Part shown: piece by piece, positions 24,196 to 37,600 of the stretch
Layout: every line of letters starts with the position of its first letter
Position numbering within the stretch: the stretch's first letter is position 1
Assembly: GCF_003704095.1 (NCBI RefSeq)
Contig: NW_020845387.1
Location: forward strand, 186,001 to 250,000
Direction: 5' to 3'
Origin: Pocillopora damicornis
Taxonomy: Eukaryota
DNA: 64,000 nt
The notes under the pieces: model-generated
What the model was told of the DNA's origin: nothing
Database searches by the model: none
Seen by the model: only the letters and a program-made list of their open reading frames with translations
Made by a program: the position numbers and the translations under genes

Positions 24196-27100
24196 CTAGA
24201 GTACATCTTTCACATCCTTACTTGATCCATACTCCAACTGTCCAGAAGACTTTGCAAAAGCCTCCTCATTATTTAAGGAGCCATCCACATCTGGAGAAGA
24301 AGACATCACTGCATAAAGATTGCTTTGTCTCTCCAAAACATACAACCATCTGTCAAATAAAAATAACAAAATAGAGAATTAAATCATAAATTAAATATAA
24401 TAATTGTTCACCTATTTTAACTGTAGCACAGAAACATTTTAGTCAACTTAATGAAGATCTTTTCCAACTTAGAATAATTAATAATTTTGAGTACATTTCA
24501 CAGACAGGAATCAATCACAATTGAACTTAAAATCATCTCAGAAGTTAAAAGGTGTTACAAAAATAATTTTTGAGCCACGAAAAACAACTGAGTGTCTGAA
24601 TAAAGCTACAATCTTGAACAAAAACAAAGTGCATCAATTAGTTTCAATGTTTCAAAATCAATCATTTGCAGAGGAAAAATGGCAGATGTCTGTTAAAACA
24701 GCAAAGTTGTGTACATTTGATACAGTGACACCTAATGACTTACATAAGCAAGAGTATGGGAATAACAGTCATTCCAGACATCAAAAAATAACAAAATCCT
24801 GGTAGCCAGTCCACTGTGGCACTGTAAATACTGTTAAAAATTAATGATGCAAGGAGTGTCTCCAACACTTCAAGAGATGCAACGAGAGCAAATGTTGTAC
24901 CTAAATCAAAGAAAAACAACAATTTACAATCAGGGGTTTGATAAATTATGAAATAACCATTAAAGTAGAGACAGTCAAGAAATTTGTTGGGTGTTCAAGT
25001 ATTCAACCTAAAGTTTTTCATGTGGTCTGGTATTATGGGTGATGTTAACCCTCACAGGTACTGTAGTTGATAACAATGAGGAAGTTTAGAAATCATGAGT
25101 GGAGGTAATCACAAACAGACAATTTTCAGGACACTTGCACCACTAAAAGTAGTCAGAGCTTCAATACAACCACATACAACACAACAAAGAATTTTATTTC
25201 ATTTTTCCTTCTTCCCCAGTCCTTGTTACAACTTATACTCATTGTACTACAATATGCTAGCAGTACTGCTGGTGAAACTGAGTTTATGAACTTAAAGAAA
25301 ATAACAGTTTATCGAGAATACCTATGTTATAAGCATAGTAGATTCAAATAACCATGGACTAGTTCTTACCTTGCTCTGAAGAGTCAACTTGTTTTGATAT
25401 CATTGACCTCATGCATGGTGGTGTGACGCCAGCCCCAATGGCAATCAATCCACCTACAAGGAAATCCAAATAAACCTTCACACCCTAACATCAGTCTGTA
25501 TACTCTCTGTTATATCCTCTGAACATTTCTTATGGTGCTTTAAAAGATAATAAGCCAATAATAAAGAGCTTCTTTACTTTGTGAGCATTTCTTTTATTCT
25601 CATGACCTTAATGTNNNNNNNNNNNNNNNNNNNNNNNNNNNNNNNNNNNNNNNNNNNNNNNNNNNNNNNNNNNNNNNNNNNNNNNNNNNNNNNNNNNNNN
25701 NNNNNNNNNNNNNNNNNNNNNNNNNNNNNNNNNNNNNNNNNNNNNNNNNNNNNNNNNNNNNNNNNNNNNNNNNNNNNNNNNNNNNNNNNNNNNNNNNNNN
25801 NNNNNNNNNNNNNNNNNNNNNNNNNNNNNNAGATAAATAATCACATATCCTATGATACTATTGGGAGTAATTAGATTTTTATCACTCTCAAGGGTTAAAA
25901 TGTTAATACATCATTTACTTCAAGGAGTTTGACCATAACACACTAAGTTCAAAAAGTTTTACTAACCAACAAACATCATCCATCTGCTGGAGGCAAATCC
26001 AAGGAATATATATTGTCCAATGGATATTAGAGAACCAACAATAGCAATAGTAAGATCTGACCATTTGAGAATCTTTGTCATCAGTGGTATCCCTAACATA
26101 ACACCAAGACCTTTGATAAACAAAACCTCAGCAAAGAAGTAACCAACCAGTTCAGAAGTGAAGTTTCTTGGACTGTGCTTGCTGTACAGGACTGAGATAT
26201 CATTGAAACCACCAAAATCTGAAAGAAGGAGCTGAAGTTAGGGAAATTTTATACAATGTGTAAGCTAACGTTAACAGGAAGAGATGCCAGGTGATTAAAA
26301 GGAGCTTATTGTAAAAATTTATGTCTGTTTTCAAGGATAAATGGCATCCTTGTTAATGTATATTTATTTTAATGTTTGTTTCCCTCCCACCCCAATGAGC
26401 TTTGCTATTTTGTGGGTAGGGATTGTTAGATATCTATTTTAATTGCTAAAATATATAAATTTTGTTTTTGTTTGTTTGTTTATCCGGTGACCTTGTTCTT
26501 TTGGTTTCCATGACTTGAGCCAACAGCTCTCCCTTTTAAGGACACAAAGGAACCACAGCTTATCCAGAGGTTTTAAATCTTACCATGATTAAACTGAGAG
26601 GCTAGACTACCCATAAATGGAGAAATGAAATACATTCTGAGAGGAACGAACATGATGGATTCATGACCATGCGCAAACCCAGGACCATAATTCAGTGCTC
26701 TAAGCATTCCAGTTTCATACCCATTTAGCTAACAAATCATGAAAAATAAAAAAAAACCTCAGCAACTCACTTATTAGTACAAAAACCAATATTCCAAACA
26801 TGATAACCAGCAAATTTAGTCTTCGGTGTTGAGGTCGCTCCTTAGTTAAGACATGGAATGATGTCTTGATGTGATTGTGTATCGCTACCAAAGCCCAGTT
26901 TTCTTGCTGATTTGAATCAGGAAAGTAAGACTCAGGAAGAATAAGACCGACGTATGCTATTATCAGAACATTCAGGCCTAAGCACAGACCAAAGGCCGCC
27001 ATGTAGCCACTATGATATACAAGTACTCCACCAATAAGGTTACCAACAGTACCACCCAAGAATATCATGGATTCCAACAGGGCTACTCTCGTCGTACGCT

Positions 27101-27569
27101 GGGATTCATCAGTTATATCAGATATGTACGAGAAGACACCGAGAAGTGTTGTGGCGAATCCGCCGAAGAAACCTGAGATGCATACCCCAATTAGTAGGTA
27201 GTCGACATTCAGTGAGAAAAAACCCACATTCAGCATATAGTTGATGTAGAGCAGAACACTCCCAACAGATGGTAGAATGAGCACAGTCTTACGACCGACT
27301 TTATCTGACCAGGAACCGAGGATCAGCGAAGCTGCTATGGAAGGAAGCATCGAAGACACAGACTGATACAAAATCCATTTGGAGGTCTTCTTGTGTACAA
27401 AATTTTCCTGTGAGGTGGTGAGATTCTTGCAAGATTCGGCGTCATATTCTGCATTGCAGATCTTCTGGAAAGCCAGCTGCTGCACAAGGGGGAACGACAT
27501 AAAAACGCAGAGCATGTAAAGAAAAAGCACTGGCTCCACAGTGATATTACGGAAAATTGCGATCGCCAT
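24196..27569 (-). CDS. SLC46-family MFS transporter (PCFT/SLC46A3-like), 481 aa
   Basis: Exons 27569-26771, 26218-25967, 25453-25370, 24900-24744, 24349-24196, all phase-consistent. Motifs: TVEPVLFLY, GSWSDKVGRK (MFS motif A), FSYISD...RTTRVALLE, RSMISKQVDSSEQG. Confidence 0.92.
25474..25894. mobile_element. MITE-like element interrupted by the assembly gap
   Basis: Its ends match the reverse complement of 58535-58729 (e.g. aattagat...tcac.ctcaaggg followed by ttaa). Confidence 0.6.
25615..25830. other. Assembly gap (N run)
   Basis: 216 N bases in SLC46 intron 2. Confidence 1.
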
Positions 27570-27664
27570 ATTGTAGGGTACGAACAATTTTGCTTACATA
27601 TAGTATAATCTGTTCGTTACGATTGCTTATAAAAAACCTCGCAGGCTCAAACTGTTTTCTCAAA
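27570..27664. promoter_or_regulatory. 95-bp divergent spacer / putative bidirectional promoter (SLC46-like and FRG1)
   Basis: ATGs at 27569 (-) and 27665 (+); TATAAAA at 27628-27634. Confidence 0.6.
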
Positions 27665-29781
27665 ATGGCTGACAATTACAAACAAGTGAAATCTGGGCGT
27701 TTAAAACTTAAAGGATTAGACGATAGCTTACGGAAAAAGAAGCACAAGAAGAAGAAGAGGGAAAGAGAGGAAGAGGAGCCAACAGATGTTGATGCGCTCC
27801 GTCATGGAGGTTGGAGAAAAGTGGAAAACTTTCGTGAAGTTAGCGGTAACATTGCACTGCAAACTTTCCAGACAACCTATATCGAGGCACTTAACACTGG
27901 ATTGTTCACAGTTGGTGAACTGAGAGATGATGGTGAAAATTCGCCGGCACCTGTTGAAGTGTTTACAGCTGTTCCACTTTCCGAGAAAAATATTGCCTTA
28001 AAATCGGGTTATGGTAAGAAATGATTTAACTTTTTAATTTTGTAAGCTTACCAGTTACGACATTACAGCTTTGGGGTACTTGGCTCATAGGTACTTGTTC
28101 TTGTTTAAATGATACGATTTCAGCTCACAATGCCTTCAGCCAACTTTTACTTTTTTTAAGCTCTACTTGAGACCTTCAACTGTTTATTTTTCTATCTTTT
28201 TAAACCAATCTGAGATTTTTATTTATTTGTCTTTTGTTGTCTCACGTTAAAAATATTACTACATAACATATTTATACATGTACATTTATGCATGTAACGG
28301 TAGCAAATCACATGTGAAATTTAATTTTGGTTGAAATTTACAGGTGGTGAGTATCTGAGCTGGCAACAACGTTTTGCTCTTGATAGATTTTCAATACCTT
28401 TGTCATGGCAATAATTAATTATTTAACAATGTTTATGTTAATTAAATAATTACTTTCTTCATCATTTCATAACATTCATTGTTACAAACATGCCTACTTG
28501 ATTTTTATGTGCTTATGTGTACTTCTTTATTAAGCATTCAGTGTTGTTTGCTTGTAGACAGGCCTTCTTTTTAGTATTTAAAGGGTTATATCACCCATGA
28601 TCCACACTAGTTAAAAGTGTAAAATAGGTTATGGCCATTCAAATGGATAGATCAGGAAAAAACTTATCCTTTGTCTTGTGATGTTGTCACTTCTGATATG
28701 TATTAAAATAAACTCTTAAAGATACCTAGACAAGTGACGGAAGAGAAGAAGTATTTAAATCTAGAAAGTGATAAGGTTAAGAATGAGATATTCTCAGGTT
28801 TCACCATCACTGACAATCTTTTGTCATACAGGAAAATATATGTCTGTTGATATGATGGGAAATGTCACTGGAAGATCAGATGCAATTGGTCCTCAGGAAC
28901 AGTTTGAGTGTGTCTTTGAAGAAGACAAAGTTGCTTTTGAAACATATAATGGCTGCTATTTGTCTGTCAATGAAGATGGGCAACTCTCTGCAAGCAAAAA
29001 AACTGTTGGAGAGAAGGAGACATTCCATGTTCGGACCAGTGTTCCAAAAGTGTAAGTGTTACTATTTCATAACCCTTTAACTCCCAAGAGCTGATTCTTG
29101 ATTCTCCCCTCTAGCTACAACATATTTCCTTGTAAATTAGTTACAAGAATTTTAGATGAAGATTAACAACTTCTAGCTGATAAGATTGAGTATTCTCATT
29201 ACCTGTTGCTGGATAATGTATAGATATCATTGGAAGAAGTTACATACTAATCACTTGTAGGAGTAAAAGGGTTAAGATATGAAAAATAAAAAAATAAATA
29301 CAGTTTAGTCAGTTTAGTTAATATCCATAATTCGTCACAATCGGGGCAAAGGGGCAAGTGCTTCTGAGGTTTGATGTAATGCTTACCCCTCAGTTTGACC
29401 TCATCATGTTTAGACACTACATGCCTAAGTAAGTTTTGCCTTACATTGCTACTGTATGCCATATCAAAGTTTGATGAGAGGCTGAAAAAAAGATTGTCAG
29501 TAACTTGAAATGAGTGACTGTGGATTGATGTTAAAATAATTTGGTATTGCTTCTTCTTTTTCCATAGTAAAGTGTGCACCAGCAGTTTACCTGAGGGAGA
29601 AAAAGATCTGCGGAATCATGAAATTAGTTTTGTCAAGAAATTCCAAAGTTTTCAAGACAGGAATTTGCGTCTGAGTGAGGAGGAGAATAGCAGATTGAAA
29701 AAAGCAAAAACTGATGGTAAACTTCATGAAGAAATGTTAAACAGGAGAGAAAAGATGAAAGCAGATAGGTATTGTAAATAA
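27665..29781 (+). CDS. FRG1: Protein FRG1 homolog, 260 aa
   Basis: Exons 27665-28013, 28832-29051, 29568-29781. Motifs: YKQVKSGRLKLKG, Lys-rich NLS, IALKSGYGKY, GRSDAIGPQEQFE, FVKKFQSFQD, GKLHEEMLNRREKMKADRYCK*. Confidence 0.96.
29073..29271. mobile_element. piggyBac-like MITE in FRG1 intron 2
   Basis: TIRs CCCTTTAACTCC / GGAGTAAAAGGG (1 mismatch), flanked by ATAA and TTAA; non-coding. Confidence 0.75.
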
Positions 29782-31697
29782 ATTGACAAAGATCTGAAGT
29801 GTCAATCATTGTCAGAGACACATTGATCTAGTGTTACAGTTTGGGGAATACCTTGTAACATGATGCTTGGTATTACAAAGCCTTTTGTACTCATCTTGTG
29901 CCCCATTGTTGGGCTGCATCATAACTTTTGCAACATGCATGTAATACTGAACTTGTAAAATTAAAGCTATATAGGAGAGTTGCACTTAAGTAGTTTCATT
30001 GAAGCAGTCAAGCAGCTTATCAGCTGCCAGAAATGCTTGGAATCACTCATCTTTCAAACTGTTTTTTCACTTTGCTATTTGAGGTACAAATCTACTTGTA
30101 TAACCAGGATTTTTGCCAATCCTGGCCTAGAGAACTGGCAGAAATCACTTTTTTATGATCTAGTGGAATTAAGTAAATGATATTTTATGTGTAATAGCTG
30201 TTTTTATTGATAAGGCTAAGAATTGATGTATTAGTGGTTATGAGTTCCAAAATATTCTTCTCACCACTGTCCACCATAAGTTTAATATTTGGATGTTATT
30301 TCCAACAACTTGGTATTGCAATAAGAAACTTTTTCTCAAGATCTTGCAGAAATGCACTTGCAACATACATGGATGATATATTTACAAGCATAGGTCTGGT
30401 AAGGTTTTATTGTCTTTGCTATTTAGAGATTCTGGCTTTTTTTCCAGCCCAGTGGGATAGATGGAATACCTGTTTGATTGGTGACCCTGTTCCAAAATAG
30501 ACTTCTGTTACAAAATTTGCCTCTTCATAGAAGGAATTAGGTGTAGTTAGTTTTAGTATTCCACTAATCAGATCCTCACAAAGAAATAAAATAGAAAAGA
30601 GGTCTAACAAATAACATCAAATTTTTTATTGGAATTCCTAGAAAAATAATTTGCTCCTAAAATAGTTTTCAGCATTACGCACAATACAACAATTAATTTC
30701 TTACAAAATGTTTGTTTTTGTAAAATTACTTCTAACCTGTTTCTGCAAAGTCTGATATTTACCTCATAATTTTTGAGAAGCAACCCATCCCTCATCTCTC
30801 TGTTCATTGTTAAAAGATAGCTATCAACTGCCTAATGTTACATTTATTATGGTTAAGTTATTCTTACAATTACACTTAATTTATGCCATAGGCTAATTGC
30901 TTGTTAGAGGTCACCCCCATGAAGTGAGGATTTGAAATAAATTTTAAATGATGGGAAAGTTTTTCTATGTTCTTCTTGATTTATAAATTACAGGAAACCA
31001 AAGGGAACTGTTCATTGTTTGCCAGTCAGTTGCCACAGTCTTAGCAAGGCTCCTTTGGTACACAATTATTATTTGGTGGTAACAATGTACCAAGAACCCC
31101 CAGTTTCTTTTCTGAACTCTCTTTCTTTTCAACTGTGGATCGCTGATGGCTTTTCACCCATTTCTCTTTCGTTGATTAAGTGCTAATTGTACTTATGCGG
31201 TGGTACCTGCAATTACTCTCATTACAAAACTATTAGATCATTAAAACATTTGTTAGACATACTATATGTCCAACCTTCCTTTGCATTATTTTCTTATGTT
31301 ATAAATGCTGAAATTTGGGTGTTAAATTGTAAATAAACTTAATACAAAAATTTAAAGTTATGAAGTAGTGGTGATAAAAATGTAAAATTGTCAGGTCATC
31401 ACTATCCATTACTATTAATTTCTCTTTTATTCCACAGTCTCACATCAGTGAGAACTAGATGGCCAATGTCTTTTAGTTAGGTCCCAAACTTTCGCTACGT
31501 AGGTGTTGAAGCACCTTAGACCCTTAACCTTTTCTTGACGCGAAACCAATTCGTTTTGATGCATCTTACTACTTTGTACAGTAAATGCTTTGGCTCGACT
31601 ACACCATCCATAACTACTCTTTGTCATGCTATATCTTACAGTCCTCCCTTTCTTCTGAATATTTGGTCTCGACTGAAAGTTTTTGTGGTTCAAACTG

Positions 31698-34600
31698 TCA
31701 TACCCTTGTAAAACTATCGTTAACAAAGTCTGTTATTTTCTGCACCAGTAATTCACAAATTTCTAATGCGTCTTGTGCTTGATCGCTCGTAAAAGCTTCC
31801 GCAGGGATCGTGTCGCCACGATGAAAATGAGGATATCTAGTTTGCTCGTAATAATTCTTGAGCTTGGCAGCCAGGAGGGCAATATCAGCGGGTGATCCAT
31901 CTAACTCAGTAATCTCATAGGCAAGATTCAGTACATCGTGTGTTTCTAGTTGTTTCTCAGATATGCCGCAAGCTGCATACAAGGCGCCTTTGAAAACTTT
32001 CTCTGTTGCTTGTTGACATAAAAAGCAAACCAACGCAGGGAATTTTGGTTGTTCACTTTCTAGATGTTTTGCTGCGTTTAGGTCTTCTTTGGCTTGTTTC
32101 ATCCACCGCTTGGCCTCGTTCTTCTGAGGGTTGGTGGACCTCTTCGAATAAGGAGTTCCTTGATGATTTTGTCGTTTAAACGTGTCATAAGTTTGCCTTT
32201 CTTGCCGAGCTCGCTGGTTCCACTGGTTGAAGAAATCATGAAAGCTGCTGGCTCCATCTTGTGTTCCCTTTTCCTTAGCATCTCGCAGATTGTCTCTCCA
32301 ATTAGAAGGAAATAGCTTTTCCATTCTCTCTATTTCGTTAAGCAGGAATTGCATCACATCATTAGCAATGTCAGAGCCTATATTTTTGTCCGGGTGCCAT
32401 CGGAGGAACAAACGCTTAATGACTTTCCTTCTTTCATTTTCAGGTAACTTCCAAGCCTCCCACAGGGTATCCTTGATTTCTTGTTTCGCCTTTTCAAGAC
32501 GTTCATTTCGACTCGCTGCCCGGCGCTCTGATTCCTTGGGGTCTCCAGTAAAAATCGATACTTCACGAGAATCCGATAGTACGGGTTCTGCATTTGGAAT
32601 TTCAGCGTTTGATCGATCAAACTTGTAAAGATCAAGTACGCTGACTTCCACGAGGCGTGGCTCTCCAATATCAACGCGATATTTGGCTTTGAAGTCAAAT
32701 CTGCTGGTTTCCATGGATCTCTTACGATTTGGCACTTTCCTCACCACCTTCGCGTACACGTAGAGAGGCTCAGAGTCATCAATTTGACCATCTTCGGTTC
32801 TGCGTTCCTTCTCGTAGCCAACTATTTCACCTTGCCGAAAAAAGTATTCGATGTCTTGCCTGAGCAGGTAGTGATACATCACCGGAATCTCAGATCCAAG
32901 AACAGGCTCCGTAGTGCGCGCCTCGCTTCCCATGAGATCTTGCGCTACACCGCATCTGTCGAGTGAGGGTAGGATCTCCTCTGGTACCCTACATGCAAGC
33001 ATTGCTTGAAGGTAGATCTCCTTCTCTATTTGATTATGAATCAAACGATTTACCTGAAAGCAAAGTTGGATGTGGAGGGGATTTTCGTCTGTGCCATGCC
33101 TGATGAACAATTCCCACTCACCATTCTGTTCTTCTAAGAAACAGTCTTGGGTTTCTTGGCTATGTTGTAATGGTTTACCAGATTCCAAGTGAATCAAATG
33201 AGTGTCAAGTGATGCCATGCAAGTTACACTGAGCGAGCTACAAAGGACTTGTACCTGGTCTTTGACATCTTGAGGCAAATTCGGTGTCTGTCTTTGATGA
33301 CGGATTACACGTAGAATTCCATTCACCAACTTCGGAGAGAGCAAAACGTTCCGGTATCTGTTTACAAATGGGCAGGGATCTGATCCAATAGTGCTGTCTG
33401 CTATGCATCGCTTATCTCTACAGGTAGGATGTATCTCTTCCCGCAGTAAATTCTGAATCGTCTTTGCCCTCAGACGCAAAGGTAGAAGACTGAGAAGGTA
33501 AGAGAGGCGGTCTGCGGTAAGTTCTCCTTCCCGACTGATGTCCACAAAGTCACCGGCAAAGTCTCGTGCACGACGTTCAAAGCTGGGACAATCGTGAAAG
33601 ATCAGCTCATTTGATGGCTTGAGAAAACCTTCTTTGCTAGGTAAAAAGAGTTGGTTCAGTGAAAAAAGACATCTTGTCGCAGCCTCTTCGCTTTTTTCCT
33701 TCACTAACAGTGACAGGGTGGTGAAAAATCCATGTGTAGCTTCTCTAGCCACCTTTTTCTCGTTGGGCTCCATATGCTTATCCTCACACACCTCCTTTAG
33801 TCTCCCAAGGACATCAGCAAACTGTGATGGTGTTGGTTTCTCATGTGCTCCAAGCCTCTTAAGTACATGCTCAAAATGGCCGTACTCTCGCGGTACTTTA
33901 TAAAAGTAAGGTGGCATCTCTGTTGTCGTCTCAAACGCTAATTGATTGCCTTCCACAAAAACGCGGCCTTCTTCAACGGGAATGCAAGGTGTTTTCCTGA
34001 GAATGTTTCCAATAGCTAGACAAGACTTCGTGCACTTGTCTGACAAAGTGTTACCGGAGCAATTACATTCACCTTTCAAGAAAGTGAACGCCTCGTATAT
34101 GACATCGTGAAGAAGCTCCCTTTGGTCTTTTGGGGTGTCTTTATGGACATTTCCACTGTGTGCTTTGGTTAGAAGAGCGATGTGATCGATAACTTTGTCC
34201 AGTGGAGGGAGAAGTGCAACTCCGAGGTCTTCCAAAACTTGTTTCTCGGCGGTATTTGGAGTGGCCCAGGCTGGAAGGAGAGGAGTGGAGGTCCACGAAA
34301 TTTTCTGTTGTTCGCATGGTAAAGCTCCGTGGAACTCAGTAAAAGGAGGAATGTCTTCCTTACTTTTACACGCAAATTGAGGCTGCAGGTTTGTCAGTTG
34401 TTTAGATGCAGTTTCTGTTGCGACAAACTTTATAGTGGATACGACATGTAGAAAGCTTGGATCATGCAGGTCATCCTGTTGAAACAGACAAGTAACCAAT
34501 GTTTTAGACACATCGTTCAACTGAGTATCTTGGGACCTGGTCACTGCATCAGACGCTAAGGATTCTGCAAACTGGATAAACTGTTGCTGGGAAACACGGT

Positions 34601-37600
34601 TCTTAAGTCCAACTTGACGAAGGAATGGGAGCCAGCTTGGAAGGCTGTAATCTCCTGGTGGAAAATCACCAGGAGAGAGCAATTCTGTAAAGACTGGATT
34701 CTCAGGATCATAAAAATGGCTGACAGGGACTAGTGTGTCGCTTTTGTCTGGAAAAATACGTGCCTCACACAGGGCATCGAGTAAAATGCTCTTCTCACTG
34801 GAACTCTTTACGGTGAATAGGAGAGTATCTTTGATGTAGAGCAGCACTTCCTGAAGGCCTCTCTCCGACATCGCGTCAAGGTTTGGCAATATGTATTTGA
34901 CGAATACGTCTACTTGTGACAGCTGGCTGATATCGAGAGCCTTGTATAAAGGTTCTATTTCTTGAATCACCTCCAATAGTACACAACTTTCTTTTTCAAT
35001 GCGCGCTTCGATGTCAGCCAGGGATACACACTGAGGCAGATCGACAACGTACGAGAAGGCATATGAATCGAGACTAACAAATTTCCCATTCAGGGTTTTG
35101 TATAGCGGCAGTTTTCTCAGTAGTGATTGGTTACTATAGACGGTAGTGACGTCTTCCTGCAAAAATCGTAGAAGTGTAACGATTTCGCCTTGACCGAGTT
35201 CGCATTTGAAGTCATCACCTTTAGATAGGTAGTGTATAACGCTGATAACATCTTGTCTCGAGTATGGCTTCGCCAGATGTGGGGATGCAATGAGTGAAGC
35301 CTCATCCTTGTCGACTTTTGGAAGAACTGAAAAATCCAGCTGAGCACTTCCAACCTTACACAGGATTCTCACCAACCTGTCTTCATTGTAAATGCGTGTA
35401 CTCAAATCCAACACAGTTTTGCTGAGGGACAGAGGAGCTAAGGTGCCATTAGAAGTAGGAATAATCGGCCAGTCTTCAAGTGGTCGAAGAGTCTCGGATG
35501 GGTCCTCTTTGTCTTCGAAGCTTGACTGCCTTTCTTTGTATGTCAATATGATTAATTCCCACAGCGTCGTCAACCACTCAACTGATGGTGTGCAACTGTC
35601 ACTTGGTTCCCATGAGACATGTTTGTCGCCTGCGAACCATTTTGATGGAAGAAGTTGAATCAAATATGGAGCAATAGATATCGTGTCGAAACGTTTAAAC
35701 ACTTTGGACTTCCAAATGTCATTTCTGGTGAAGTTTGAAAACAGCGGGATGAATTCCTTATGAACAAAAAGGTCTTTCTGAGAAGACAGAAGACTGGAAA
35801 ATGGTGTGAGAAAAACTGGATTTCTTGAATCAAATTCTCTAAGTACTTCGTCTTCAGTTAGCAGAAGGGGCAACCCATCTAACCGTTGGAGGAAGTTGTC
35901 ATCTCCCATGCAATACTCGATTAATAGCTTCAATTCGCTCGCTTGTTTGAAGGTGGTACCGTTAATAGAGCAGGGGAGCACATCTGCACTATCCCTGTGC
36001 TTCGAGATGATAGCCATAACATCCTCGGGACTGACGGTTTTCACCATTGCAGCGGCTTGTTTGAAACTGGTGTACAGTCTTGGCGGCGCGTAAACTATCG
36101 GCACACCTATTTTTAGGAGTAGAGTTTCCAGTTCTGAGTTGGAAAGATTACTGAATAGTGCTTGCTGCTCTTCTCTGTCGCTGCAAGGAGGAACCCACAA
36201 GCACGGAAAAAGTGGCTTTGTGCCAAACCTTGAAAAGGTCCGAGGAGAGGTCATGGGCGGTCTGGGCGAAGGTTGGTCTCGCAAGATAGGTAATACCGGC
36301 TGATTGGAACTCGCTAGAAGTCTGTACACTGTTAAAACAATGCTTTTCCACTCTGAGTGAACACCATCTGAATCCGGAAAGATGCTGTGATACCATTTCA
36401 AACCATTTTTAGCCTCTGTGATATTGTTAAAGTACCATGGGTCTCCCTTTGAAATTCCAGGTATGCATGTTCTTGCACTTACGATGAGTTCTGCATAGGC
36501 AGGAGCTAAAACATTATTTTTGATGAAATTGTTCCACTGAGCTCTCGGTCCTTGAACTCCATCGTCTTTCCAAAGATTTCTTCTAGAATTATCCAGTATA
36601 AATTGGCCGTTAAGGTGAACTGGAAGGCCTGTCTCAACCGGCAATGGTAGGAAGCAAAACGCTCGATGAATTTTGTTATTTTGACTTGGATTTTGTAAGC
36701 TGTCGGAACGTCTTCGTCGTGGCGAGAGACTTTCATTTGTGGTCACGCAGGCTGCCACAGCTGCTCGAGGAAGAAGACCATTCTTGCTTCCTTCGGGAAT
36801 TAATTGCTTTTCACCATGCAGACGAGAACCAAGGCATCGATGAATGAGCCAATTATCTTGTCTTCCTAATGTGTCTTGAATGGTTTTGGTGTAGGTAATT
36901 CCAAACCATGGAATACAGCTGGTACTCAACTCTAAGCTCCGCTTGATTTCTACGTCGAGAGCTTGGATCTTTGGAATGTCAGTGTTTGGAATTGTTGCAG
37001 AAGCCTCGTACCGCCGAACCAACTTGTTGTTTTCAATCCTTGAAATGCTTACTCTGGTGACATTTCGAAGGAATAGTAACGTTTCTCGGATTTCGCTTTC
37101 AAAAATGGTAAGCAGTTGGTCAATTTCGGAGTTGCTAAAAGCCTTGGAGGAAATTTCTGACTGTTTAGCGGACACATCGTTTCTAATTGGCAGGCGGAAC
37201 ATCGTAGACTCTTTCAAATGAAAGAACTCCTCTAAATAACAGGGTCTCACGTCAGCAAAATGTTCCCAAAATTCGTCATCAAGGGGATCAAATCGACGTC
37301 CGGGAAACTCCAGTGTTGCATCAGGCGCATATCGGGCGTGTGGATCGAGAACGCACAATGTTTCGGCGTTTGTAATGAAGCTTGGGCAATCGGTCACGTG
37401 GTATACTGCATTAAAACCGATACCATACTTTCCTGTCTTCTCAGGGCTGCCAGTCTTGCTTCCTATACCAAGCTTTTGTATCCCCTCAAAGTCTTTTTCT
37501 GTGAAGGGACAGTCATTGTAAATACAAAGTGCTGGTCCCTGGAGGTCTTTCCATTGTTCCGACAAAACACGAGTTGTACCATGTTGACGCGGATCATGAA

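Noticed and set aside
25581-25874. ORFs made mostly of X residues
   Set aside because: Artefacts of the N gap.
27557-27664. N-terminal extension of FRG1 overlapping the SLC46 start
   Set aside because: It begins at TTG; the conserved FRG1 N-terminus starts at ATG 27665.
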